Origin: Christensenellales bacterium
Lineage (GTDB): Bacteria > Bacillota > Clostridia > Christensenellales > UBA3700
Assembly: GCA_051883415.1 (NCBI GenBank)
Contig: JBJETR010000064.1
Coordinates: forward strand, 18,573 to 82,572
Direction: 5' to 3'
Length of the DNA stretch: 64,000 nt
Under the pieces are notes generated by a model. The model worked only from the letters and a program-made list of their open reading frames with translations, did no database searches and was not told the origin of the DNA. This document shows positions 42,846-52,098 of the stretch, in pieces. The translations under genes were made by a program, and so were the position numbers. How positions within the stretch are numbered: position 1 is the first letter of the stretch; every line of letters begins with the position of its first letter.

Positions 42846-44432
42846 TTATGCTCTTTTCTTTTTGATAACGACTACCGCGACTGCCGCCGCAATCGACACG
42901 CACACTACGGGGACAACTACCGCGACTATGATTTTGTTGCGATGATTTACCAATTCGGTTTTTTCAATCGCAAGGTTTACGGCTTGGTTTGTCGTTTGGT
43001 CTATAGTAACAATCTTGTCGGTGGTTAGGGCGGTTTTGCCGGATTTTTGCATAAGTTTGATTGTATATTCGCCTTCGCTCAAACCTACTTCGGCGTGCAA
43101 TATAGGAGAGTCCGAAGAGCGGGTATATACGACGTTGCCGTCCTTGTCGGATATTTGCATAGAGTACACGTCTTGTAGAGGGATATCTATCGTCAAGTTG
43201 ACGGGATTTTGGTATCTATCCACTCGAGTAAAGGTGCAGTCTTTCATCAATACCGAGTTACCGTTGTTCCATTGTTGGCTATAAGCCACGCCTTTGAGAG
43301 AGCGGAGCGTGTCCACGTCCATGAGAGCCGACGGCACTGTTTGTCCAAAGTTGTCGGTGACGCTGTCTTGGAATAGCGTGAGGAAGTAATAGTCGGGCAC
43401 CATATTGTGAGTGTTGGTCATTCCGTACTGTTTGTCAAGTCCGTCTAGGTGAACCCAAGTGATATTGTCGCCAAAGCGCTCTTTGAGGGTTGCCATGGTC
43501 GCTTTGGAATAGATGTTTCCACCTAACGTGGCGTACATGGTGTATATAGCCTTGCCTGCGCCGTAGCCCTCGATAGCCACGCCGTAATCTGCAAGCTTTA
43601 CCACGGCTTCCGAGCAAAGCTCGGCAATAGTGCGTCCGTTGGAATCTTCACCTCCGCGGTGGTCGATATGTCCTTTTACTTTGTTGGTGCTGAGATACGG
43701 GTCGAGTAGGGTGATGCGCTGAGGGATAAGGTTGGTGCCTATTTCTTTACGCTCGCTCATCATCAATAGGTTTTCGCCCACGGCAAGGGATAAGTCGCCA
43801 CCCATAGAGTGACCTGCTAACTGCAACGTACCCGAGAAGTCTTTGCCGAGTGCGTCGATTATTGCTTGGGCGTACAGTACAGATACCGAAACGGTAGGGT
43901 TGAGGGCAGTATCGCCTTGCACCTTCTTGCCGGTAGGACTTGATACGTAATACCTCATCCCGAGTGGAGTGTCGGACGACCAAATCTTAGGGTCGCCGTC
44001 AATATTTTCTTCCGCAATTTGGTTCCAATAGAAGTGACCTACGTTGTAGCCCATATCTATGTATTTTTGGAAGTATTGCGTGCTATATGGGAAGCTTCCT
44101 TCGGCAAATCTATCGTACGTGCCTTCCCACGTCGATAGCAAATCTCTACGGTTGTAGCCCTCGTTGGTTTTCATACCGTGAGTAAAGATAATCGTCGGTT
44201 TGGTCTTGTCAAACTCTACGCCCGCACTGCCCGCCTTGACGGGGATATCCTTGCCGTCTTGATACCAATAAATACCGTAATCCAAATGGTTGAATACGCC
44301 CTCTTCCCAACCGATGCGGCTGTCGTTGATTGCGTAGGCGGAGCTAGGGTAGGCTAGGACGGCAGTCAAAGCTACTGCGAGCAAAGATATTAGTACTAAC
44401 GTAAAACAAATTTTTCGTGACAATGTTTTCAT
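42846..44432 (-). CDS. Secreted alpha/beta-hydrolase (lipase/esterase-like) with a C-terminal TM helix plus KKKR tail
   Basis: Signal peptide (…AYPSSAYA), the nucleophile elbow GHSMGG, and the C-terminus IIVAVVVPVVCVSIAAAVAVVVIKKKRA. Confidence 0.75.
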   Translation of the reverse strand: MKTLSRKICFTLVLISLLAVALTAVLAYPSSAYAINDSRIGWEEGVFNHLDYGIYWYQDGKDIPVKAGSAGVEFDKTKPTIIFTHGMKTNEGYNRRDLLSTWEGTYDRFAEGSFPYSTQYFQKYIDMGYNVGHFYWNQIAEENIDGDPKIWSSDTPLGMRYYVSSPTGKKVQGDTALNPTVSVSVLYAQAIIDALGKDFSGTLQLAGHSMGGDLSLAVGENLLMMSERKEIGTNLIPQRITLLDPYLSTNKVKGHIDHRGGEDSNGRTIAELCSEAVVKLADYGVAIEGYGAGKAIYTMYATLGGNIYSKATMATLKERFGDNITWVHLDGLDKQYGMTNTHNMVPDYYFLTLFQDSVTDNFGQTVPSALMDVDTLRSLKGVAYSQQWNNGNSVLMKDCTFTRVDRYQNPVNLTIDIPLQDVYSMQISDKDGNVVYTRSSDSPILHAEVGLSEGEYTIKLMQKSGKTALTTDKIVTIDQTTNQAVNLAIEKTELVNHRNKIIVAVVVPVVCVSIAAAVAVVVIKKKRA

Positions 44433-44561
44433 AATCTTCTCCCGATATTATTTTAATACGGCGCTACCTAGGTGTCAATACCTTTGCTATGTCCAAAGGC
44501 TTCGGCTATTGCCGAATTTCGACAGTGTTGGTAGGTAAAATGACAGCAAAAATTATTACAC

Positions 44562-44593
44562 AAAAAATCAATAAGGCGACTTGTGAGGTCGCC
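44562..44593 (-). terminator. Rho-independent terminator after the XRE gene
   Basis: The minus strand reads ggcgac-ctcacaa-gtcgcc, then ttattgatttttt. Confidence 0.55.
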
Positions 44594-44616
44594 GTGTGTG
44601 GTTTTGTCGTATTGTT

Positions 44617-44937
44617 TTATTTTCGGTTGATTGCAAGCAGAGATTGCAGATAGAGTATTGCGATAGGCTTGACTTCCGACGGTAGACTATCGAAGAGTAG
44701 CCCGACTTCCGTTTGTATATGAGCCTCGGGTGGGCTTTGCGTTCTGCCAAGCAAATAATCGGTGCTTGTCTCCAACACGTCGGCGATAGCCGACAGCAGT
44801 TCCAGGTCGGGCTCGGCTTTGCCTTGCTCGTAGTTGCTGTACGTCCTCTGCGGTATTTTGAGTTGTTCGGCAATCTCCTTTTGCGTTTTTGCTTGTTCTA
44901 TTCTCAGTTCTCTGAGTCTACTTACAAATATTTTCAT
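44617..44937 (-). CDS. XRE-family HTH transcriptional regulator (106 aa), divergent from the giant B-repeat/LRR gene
   Basis: LRELRIEQAKTQKEIAEQLKIPQRTYSNYEQGKAEPDLELLSAIADVLETSTDYLLG is a canonical Cro/C1-type HTH. Confidence 0.85.
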   Translation of the reverse strand: MKIFVSRLRELRIEQAKTQKEIAEQLKIPQRTYSNYEQGKAEPDLELLSAIADVLETSTDYLLGRTQSPPEAHIQTEVGLLFDSLPSEVKPIAILYLQSLLAINRK

Positions 44938-44970
44938 AGTTAGAATTTACTACTTTTATTATAATAAGTC

Positions 44971-44999
44971 TTGACATAGCCAAAAATTAGCAATATAAT
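44971..44999 (+). promoter_or_regulatory. Consensus sigma-A promoter for the giant B-repeat/LRR gene
   Basis: TTGACA (44971-44976), a 17-nt spacer, then TATAAT (44994-44999). Confidence 0.65.
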
Positions 45000-45008
45000 T
45001 AAGAATAA

Positions 45009-45025
45009 TAGCCAATTATTGGCTA
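45009..45025. promoter_or_regulatory. 8-1-8 perfect palindrome TAGCCAAT-t-ATTGGCTA just downstream of the -10 (candidate XRE operator)
   Basis: I read it directly. A TAGCCAA half-site also lies in the promoter spacer (44977-44983). Confidence 0.45.
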
Positions 45026-45166
45026 CCATATACGTATTATATTACGGACGAGAAATCGATAAATTTTATAGAGATATCTATCAAAATCGGCAATTATATC
45101 ATAGCATAACTAATACAACCATATCACCGAGCCTACTACAGAGGCTAGCAACACTTGGGAGGATTT

Positions 45167-48100
45167 ATGAAAAAGTTTAGCATCATCATTTTGGCAATAA
45201 TGCTCATCACGACGCTCTCCGTCGGACTTATGGCGTGTAGTATTGGCGGAGGTAATACCGGCAAATACTTCTTATATGAGAATGGCGAGATAGACGAGAG
45301 TTCGTATATTGAGCTTAAGTCGGGAGGAAAATGGACTGACGGTGAAGATAGCGGAACTTACGAAATAGATGGCAATAAAATAACGTTTTACATAGACAAA
45401 GAAGAATATTTAAGCGGTACTATCTCCAATGGCGTTATAGAATTGGACGTGTGGGGTTTTGGTACTATCGTCTATAAGAAAAGCGGAGCAAAAGGCGACG
45501 GTACAACGACAAAGCCTAATCAACCCGGCAATGGCGACAATTCGTCGGATAATCCTTCAGACAATCCTTCCGTCCCTGACGACGATGATGGTGAGTTTTT
45601 AGTTACGTATAATCTCAATTACGGCTCCAATCCTGTTGTCCAACACAAGACGGTAAATAAAAAAGTAGATTTTGTACCCGATAGAACGGGCTACGTTTTT
45701 AACGGTTGGTTTTTGCTCAAAGATATGAGCCAAGACAACGAGCCTGTTTTAGGTGCATTGTGGGACACTTCTCAAACCGTGACCGACAGTAATCTGGTAC
45801 TGTATGCGGATTGGTATGCCAAACCAAAGGATGGAGCTTTGCCTACCCCTGTTGTAGAATTAGACGGCAATACTTTTAGGTGGGCAAGCATATCCGGTGC
45901 CAACGGCTATCAAGTTACTATTTACCAAGGCACCAGCGAAGTAGATTCGTTTACCCATTACGGCAACAGCTACACATTTTCGGGCTATGAGGCGGGCAGC
46001 TATCAAGTGCAGATAATGGCTAAGGGCGACGGCGTTAGCACTATCAACAGTGGTACCGTAACAAGAAACATATTGTATAAATATTTGGGCAAAATTACCG
46101 CAACGCTAAATCAAGAGACCATGGTCGTGTCGTGGAGTGAAGTTCAATATGCCGAAGAGTACGTTGTATATTTGGACAATACCCTGATAAAGACGACCTC
46201 TACCGAAACGTCGTGTCAAATACCGGAGACTGACGTAGGAACGCATAATATAATCGTTAGAGCGCAGTTGTCGGGTTGGATATCGTCTAGCGATTCGGTA
46301 AGCTATAAGATAAATAAATTGAGGAAACCCGACAATATCGTCGTATCTTTTGACGAAGCGGAGATGCAATACACTATTTCATGGGCAAGTGTAAAAGGAG
46401 CAAATCAATACAAGGTTTACGGTGTAGGTGGCGTAAGAACCGTCAATACCAATAGCATTGTTATCGACGAGTCCGATTGGGGAAACAACGAGACGAAAAA
46501 GTCGATACAGATATATGCCTTTGATAGCTATGCCGATTATCTCCAATCCAACGCTTCAGAGAATATATCCTTGGATAGAATATTCAAAGTGCAAGCCGTA
46601 TCCGAGAACGGAACTGCGACGTTATCATTGGCAAATGCACAATTTGACGTTACTTTTGATCTCAACTATCTTGATTGTCCTGAGGCAAGCGTGCAAACCA
46701 TTACCAAGGATAATTGTATAACTTATCCAACGCCAACACGTGACGATTATATTTTCAATGGTTGGTATTTGGACAAAAAATGCACTACGTTGTATGATTT
46801 TTCTTCAAAGTTGTACAACGATATCACCTTGTATGCGGGGTGGGAAAAGAACTATAATCAAGCATACGTATTAGAAATCAACCAATGGGAAAGCACCTAT
46901 ACTAAGTCTAGTGGGGCTAAATTTGCTTTTACTCCTCTCGTCAGCGGTACGTACACTCTCAAATGGTACAATAGCTCATCTTCTGCCAAAACAGTATTTA
47001 CATTGTATAGCGATACAGGCTTGTCAATCGAGTATAGCAGTATGGGAGCGTGGAGCAACACGTCGGAGAGAACGCAAACTCTAACGCTAGAGGCAGGAGA
47101 ACAATATTGGTTCTACGTAAGTGCGAGCAACAACGCTACTACATTCTTTGACTTTGGTTTCTTTGGACAAGAAATTCCAACCTGCAACCCTAATCCTGTC
47201 TCGGGAGAAGGGGATACGGAGATATACGCCAAGGCAGGGACGGAAGTGACATTTACCGCTAACGTATACAGCGGCTATACTTTCGTTGGCTGGTATGACC
47301 AGACGGGCAATACGAAAATGTCATCCGATTTAACGTATACGATGGCTATATCCGCCGGCAATTATCGCCCTATTGCCAAGTGTCGCAAGGTGACTTTGGA
47401 GAGCAACAATAGCGAGGCAGGTTCTGTTACACTACGCAATGCTCAAGGCGTAGACGCTAATGCTTCGACTACAATTAATTTCAATACCCAAGGAGGTAGC
47501 TCGGTATCTAGTGTTGTTTTGCGAAACGGAGAAGCGTTTACCTATCCTTCAATACCTACCAAATCGGGTTACGTATTTGCAGGATGGTACGACAATGCAA
47601 GTTGTAGTGGCAGTCCTTATAGTTTCAGTAATATTGCGAGTACAAGTGTGACAGTGTACGCTAAGTGGATTGCTTATAGTGGTGCAGGCGTACTTAACCC
47701 AAACAGCTCACAATCGATATACGTTTATTCTAAGTCTAGTTCTACTACTAGATATTATGCATTTGTTCCGTTGGTGAGTGAAAGCATTACTATCTATACC
47801 ACGGGTAGCCTAGATACTTATGGATATCTTTATAATGCTAATAAGAGTCAAATAGCGTCTGATGACGATGGCGGGGACGTCAACAACTTCAAGATTACCT
47901 ATAGCGTTACCGCAGGACAATTATATTATATTCGCCCTTGCGGATATAGCAGTAATGGCTATGCTACCGTTGTGGTCAACGCCAATATGCCTCAATACAC
48001 CATTAGTTCGACGTTGGGCAGAGACTTCTTTATTGTAGGTGAAACAGCCAAGCTCACAGCCACCACCAACAACGGATATACCTTTATTGGTTGGTTTGAC

Positions 48101-51100
48101 GGTGATACCAAGGTGTCCGATCAACTTGTCTACGACTTAGTAATGCCCGCCGAGGACAAGACGTACACAGCCAAGTGGTGTCAAATCACGCTTGATACCA
48201 ACGATACTTCAGCAGGTACGGTAGGCGGACTTATTTCTAAGTATAAGGTGGGAGATAGTGCGACAATCACCGCTACTACCAACAACGGATATACTTGGCT
48301 TGGCTGGTATGACGGAGATACTAAGTTGACGGAAGAACTGTCTTATACTTTTACAATGCCTGCAGAGGATAAGACGTACACGGCTAAGTGGGCTAATTGC
48401 AACGTAACTCTTGCCAAGAATGTTGCCGCAGCGGGTAGCGTGAGCGGAGTCGAGGGAGCAACAGCGGTAGGAAAGCCAACGACAATCACCGCTACTACCA
48501 ATATAGGCTATACGTTTATAGGTTGGTTTGATGGAGATACCAAGTTGACGGACGAACTCTCGTATACGTTTACAATGACTGCGGAGAGCAAGACTTACAC
48601 CGCCAAGTGGTGCAAAATTTCGTTGGATAGGAATAATACCTCGGCAGGTACGATAAGTAGCCTTGATTCTACGTATAGAGTAGGTGGTATCGTAACTGTT
48701 AATGCCACGACCAACAATGGATACACCTGGGTAGGTTGGTTCGACAGGGATGTATTGTTGTCTGACGAACTCTCGTACACGTTTACAATGCCTGCCGAGA
48801 ATAAGACTTACACAGCTCAGTGGACTTATTATACTGTTACAACCAATACTAATATGTCCGAAGCGGGAACATATACAAGAAAATCACAACAAAAGGTTAC
48901 CGTAGGCAATCAAGTGACTTTGGAAGCTACCACTAACGATGGCTATACTTGGGTAGGTTGGTTTGACGGAGATGTCAAATTGACGGACGAGTTGTCCTAT
49001 ACGTTTACAATGACTGCGGAGAACAAGACGTACACCGCTAAGTGGAGCAAAGTTACTTTGGAGAGAAATAATGCCTCGGCAGGTACGATAAGCAGTCTTA
49101 CTTCAACTTATAAAGTAGGCGATAGCACAACAATCACCGCTACTACCAACAACGGATACACCTGGTTAGGTTGGTATGACGGAGACACCTTGTTGACGGA
49201 CGAGTTGTCATATACTTTCACAATGTCTGCCGAAAACAAGATATACACCGCTAAGTGGATAACTTGCCCGATAAATCTAGTCAAGAATATAGAAGAAGCA
49301 GGTAACATGAGCGGAGTAGAAGGTACAACAGTAGCCGGAAAACCAACGACAATAACAGCCATCACAAATATAGGATATACTTTTATTGGTTGGTATGACG
49401 GAGAAACTCTGTTGACGGACGAATTGTCTTACACTTTTGCAATGCCTATGGAGAGCAAAACTTATATGGCGAAGTGGAGTAAGGTAACTTTGGAGAGAAA
49501 TAATGCCTCGGCAGGTACGATAAGCAGTCTTACTTCAACTTATAAAGTAGGCGATAGTGCAACCGTCACCGCTACTACCAATATAGGCTATACTTGGTTA
49601 GGTTGGTATGACGGAGATACCAAGTTGACGGACGAACTGTCCTATACATTTACGATGACAGCGGAGAGCAAGACTTATACCGCCAAGTGGAGCAAAGTCA
49701 CGCTTGACAGAAATAATACCTCGGCAGGCACGGTAAGTAGTCTTACTTCAACTTATAAAGTAGGCGATAGCGTAACAATCACCGCTACTACCAACAATGG
49801 ATATACTTGGGTAGGTTGGTTTGACGGAGATGTCAAATTGACGGACGAGTTGTCCTATACGTTTACAATGACTGCGGAGAACAAGACGTACACCGCTAAG
49901 TGGTGCAAAGTTACTTTGGAGAGAAATAATACCTCAGCAGGTACGATAGGTGGATTGACGACTGCATACAAGGTAGGAGATATTGTAACAATTACTGCAG
50001 CAAGCAACGTTGGCTACGAGTGTTTAGGTTGGTTTGACGGAGCAACATTGCTGACGGACGAGTCCTCCTATACTTTTGCGATGCCGGCGGAAAACAAGAC
50101 GTACACCGCTAAGTGGCAAGTGAGCGAAGAAATGAGTAACTTCATTTTTACTTCAACGTCAACTACTTGTAGTATATCAAGTATAAAAGATAAAACGGTT
50201 ACTCAAATAGTCGTTCCAGAATATGTGACGAGTATAGGAAGTAGTACGTTCAGTGGTTGCACAAGCCTAACAAGTTTAATAATAGGAAATGGCGTAACAA
50301 ACATATCAAGCGGATTGTTGTCAGGATGTGGAAAATTAGAGAGCTTAACTATTCCATTTGTGGGAGCAGTGGCAGGCAAGACAAGTAGTTCAACCTATCA
50401 ATATCCATTTGGATATATATTCGGCACTTCAAGTTATACAGGTGGTGTAGCAACAGAGCAGCACTATTATGGAAGCAGCACGTCAAGCACAACGTCTACC
50501 TCGTACTATATTCCATCTTCTCTCAAATCGGTTACCGTGACGGGTGGTAATATACTATATGGTGCATTTTATGGTTGCAGTAGTCTTGCAAACATAACCA
50601 TACCTAACACTGTAACAAGTATAGGAAGTAGTGCGTTCACTGGTTGCATTAGCCTAACAAGCATAACTATACCAAGCAGTGTGACGAGTATAGATGATGG
50701 GGCGTTCACTGGTTGCCATAGTCTAATAGAAGTATATAATAAATCATCTCTCGATATTGTAGTAGGTGCTTCCGTGGCGATGTATGCAAAGAACGTATAT
50801 ACCCAAGAAGGTGGAAGTAAACTTAGTACCGATGCCAATGGCTACGTTATCTATACTGACGGAGAAGATAAATTATTAGTAAAGTATATAGGCAATAAAA
50901 CGTACTTGATATTGCCGAGTAGCGTTACAGAAATATATGAATACGCATTCTATAAATATAGTAGCTTAGCAAAAATAACGATACCTAGTGGCATAACGAG
51001 TATTGGATATAGTGCATTCTATAATTGCACTAGTCTAACAAGCATAACCATACCTAACAGTGTGACGAATATAGGAATGTGTGCATTCGAAGGTTGCAGT

Positions 51101-52000
51101 AGTCTAACAAGCATAACCATACCTAACAGTGTGACGAGTATAGGATCTAGTGCATTCTATGGTTGCAGTAGCCTAACAAGCGTAACTATAGGCAACAGTG
51201 TGCAGAGTATAGGAGGTAGTGCATTTGATCGTTGCAGTAACCTAACAAGCATAACTATACCTAACAGCGTGAAGAGTATAGGAAGTTGTGCATTCTATGG
51301 TTGCAGTAGCCTAAAAAGTGTAACCATTAAAGAAAATAGTCAACTTACGAGTATAGGAGATCATGCATTCCATGATTGCAGTAGTCTGACAAGCATAACC
51401 ATACCTGACGGTGTGACGATTATAAGATATAATGCATTCTCTGGTTGCAGTAGCCTAAAAATCATAACCATACCTGACAGTGTGACGATTATAGCAGATG
51501 GTGCATTCCGTGGTTGCAGTAGCCTATCAAGCATAACCATACCTGACGGTGTGACGAGTATAGGAAGTTATGCATTCGATGGTTGCAGTAGTCTAACAAG
51601 CATAACCATACCTGAGGGTGTGACGAGTATAAGTGGTTACGCATTCTCTGATTGCAGTAGTCTAACAAGTGTAACGTTTGTAGAAAATAGTCAACTTACG
51701 AGTATAGGAGATTATGCATTCCGTGATTGCAGTAGTCTAACAAGCATAACCTTACTAGACAGTGTGACGAGTATAGGAGATTATGCATTCTATTTTTGCA
51801 CTAGTTTGACAAGCATAACCATACCTAAGGGCATGACGAGTATAGGAAGTTATGCATTCTATGCTTGCTATAATGTGACAACTATATGGTTCCACGACAC
51901 AGCAGCACGATGGAAATCAATAACTAAAGGCGCAAATTGGGGCGCAAATATGGGCACAAACTATGTAATGACCAACGGTGGTTATATATCAATAAATTAA
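45167..52000 (+). CDS. Giant (2,277-aa) mosaic surface lipoprotein. Listeria-Bacteroides-type repeats, FN3-like and PPC-like modules, a 10-unit divergent InlB B-repeat array, and a C-terminal BspA-type LRR array.
   Basis: GGGAGGA is upstream of the ATG at 45167, and the lipobox is L-M-A-C. Motifs include GYVFNGWF, YIFNGWYLDKKCTTLYDF...ITLYAGW, repeated NNGYTWxGWxDGDxKLTDELSYTFTM...KTYTAKW, and AFxGCSSLTSITIPxxVTSIGxxAF. Confidence 0.85.
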   Translation: MKKFSIIILAIMLITTLSVGLMACSIGGGNTGKYFLYENGEIDESSYIELKSGGKWTDGEDSGTYEIDGNKITFYIDKEEYLSGTISNGVIELDVWGFGTIVYKKSGAKGDGTTTKPNQPGNGDNSSDNPSDNPSVPDDDDGEFLVTYNLNYGSNPVVQHKTVNKKVDFVPDRTGYVFNGWFLLKDMSQDNEPVLGALWDTSQTVTDSNLVLYADWYAKPKDGALPTPVVELDGNTFRWASISGANGYQVTIYQGTSEVDSFTHYGNSYTFSGYEAGSYQVQIMAKGDGVSTINSGTVTRNILYKYLGKITATLNQETMVVSWSEVQYAEEYVVYLDNTLIKTTSTETSCQIPETDVGTHNIIVRAQLSGWISSSDSVSYKINKLRKPDNIVVSFDEAEMQYTISWASVKGANQYKVYGVGGVRTVNTNSIVIDESDWGNNETKKSIQIYAFDSYADYLQSNASENISLDRIFKVQAVSENGTATLSLANAQFDVTFDLNYLDCPEASVQTITKDNCITYPTPTRDDYIFNGWYLDKKCTTLYDFSSKLYNDITLYAGWEKNYNQAYVLEINQWESTYTKSSGAKFAFTPLVSGTYTLKWYNSSSSAKTVFTLYSDTGLSIEYSSMGAWSNTSERTQTLTLEAGEQYWFYVSASNNATTFFDFGFFGQEIPTCNPNPVSGEGDTEIYAKAGTEVTFTANVYSGYTFVGWYDQTGNTKMSSDLTYTMAISAGNYRPIAKCRKVTLESNNSEAGSVTLRNAQGVDANASTTINFNTQGGSSVSSVVLRNGEAFTYPSIPTKSGYVFAGWYDNASCSGSPYSFSNIASTSVTVYAKWIAYSGAGVLNPNSSQSIYVYSKSSSTTRYYAFVPLVSESITIYTTGSLDTYGYLYNANKSQIASDDDGGDVNNFKITYSVTAGQLYYIRPCGYSSNGYATVVVNANMPQYTISSTLGRDFFIVGETAKLTATTNNGYTFIGWFDGDTKVSDQLVYDLVMPAEDKTYTAKWCQITLDTNDTSAGTVGGLISKYKVGDSATITATTNNGYTWLGWYDGDTKLTEELSYTFTMPAEDKTYTAKWANCNVTLAKNVAAAGSVSGVEGATAVGKPTTITATTNIGYTFIGWFDGDTKLTDELSYTFTMTAESKTYTAKWCKISLDRNNTSAGTISSLDSTYRVGGIVTVNATTNNGYTWVGWFDRDVLLSDELSYTFTMPAENKTYTAQWTYYTVTTNTNMSEAGTYTRKSQQKVTVGNQVTLEATTNDGYTWVGWFDGDVKLTDELSYTFTMTAENKTYTAKWSKVTLERNNASAGTISSLTSTYKVGDSTTITATTNNGYTWLGWYDGDTLLTDELSYTFTMSAENKIYTAKWITCPINLVKNIEEAGNMSGVEGTTVAGKPTTITAITNIGYTFIGWYDGETLLTDELSYTFAMPMESKTYMAKWSKVTLERNNASAGTISSLTSTYKVGDSATVTATTNIGYTWLGWYDGDTKLTDELSYTFTMTAESKTYTAKWSKVTLDRNNTSAGTVSSLTSTYKVGDSVTITATTNNGYTWVGWFDGDVKLTDELSYTFTMTAENKTYTAKWCKVTLERNNTSAGTIGGLTTAYKVGDIVTITAASNVGYECLGWFDGATLLTDESSYTFAMPAENKTYTAKWQVSEEMSNFIFTSTSTTCSISSIKDKTVTQIVVPEYVTSIGSSTFSGCTSLTSLIIGNGVTNISSGLLSGCGKLESLTIPFVGAVAGKTSSSTYQYPFGYIFGTSSYTGGVATEQHYYGSSTSSTTSTSYYIPSSLKSVTVTGGNILYGAFYGCSSLANITIPNTVTSIGSSAFTGCISLTSITIPSSVTSIDDGAFTGCHSLIEVYNKSSLDIVVGASVAMYAKNVYTQEGGSKLSTDANGYVIYTDGEDKLLVKYIGNKTYLILPSSVTEIYEYAFYKYSSLAKITIPSGITSIGYSAFYNCTSLTSITIPNSVTNIGMCAFEGCSSLTSITIPNSVTSIGSSAFYGCSSLTSVTIGNSVQSIGGSAFDRCSNLTSITIPNSVKSIGSCAFYGCSSLKSVTIKENSQLTSIGDHAFHDCSSLTSITIPDGVTIIRYNAFSGCSSLKIITIPDSVTIIADGAFRGCSSLSSITIPDGVTSIGSYAFDGCSSLTSITIPEGVTSISGYAFSDCSSLTSVTFVENSQLTSIGDYAFRDCSSLTSITLLDSVTSIGDYAFYFCTSLTSITIPKGMTSIGSYAFYACYNVTTIWFHDTAARWKSITKGANWGANMGTNYVMTNGGYISIN
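47987..50116 (+). repeat. Ten tandem coding repeats of about 71 aa (B-repeat-like), with long exact DNA identities between non-adjacent units
   Basis: Each unit ends in ...KTYTA(K/Q)W. An exact 102-nt match links 48944-49045 and 49802-49903. An exact 70-nt match links 49056-49125 and 49488-49557. Confidence 0.85.
50180..51890 (+). repeat. Tandem BspA-type LRR coding repeats (units of about 23-25 aa)
   Basis: The DNA unit ggttgcagtagtctaacaagcataaccatacctaacagtgtgacgagtatagga... recurs with variations. Confidence 0.8.
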
Positions 52001-52056
52001 ATACTTGTATCTCACTGTCGCATTTATTGGCAAATGAATACATACAAATTCAAACA

Positions 52057-52090
52057 AACAAGCGGACCAATCAGTCCGCTTGTTATTTCT
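52057..52090. terminator. Bidirectional terminator between the convergent giant gene and the DUF4838-like gene
   Basis: aacaagcggac-caatca-gtccgcttgtt is A-rich on the left and T-rich on the right. Confidence 0.7.
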
Positions 52091-52098
52091 TGCAATTG

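Noticed and set aside
47987-51890. Regular tandem repeats that could be mistaken for a CRISPR array or satellite.
   Set aside because: The repeats are in-frame coding units (about 213-228 bp B-repeat units and about 69-75 bp LRR units) within one long ORF. There is no repeat-spacer organisation, and there are no cas genes.
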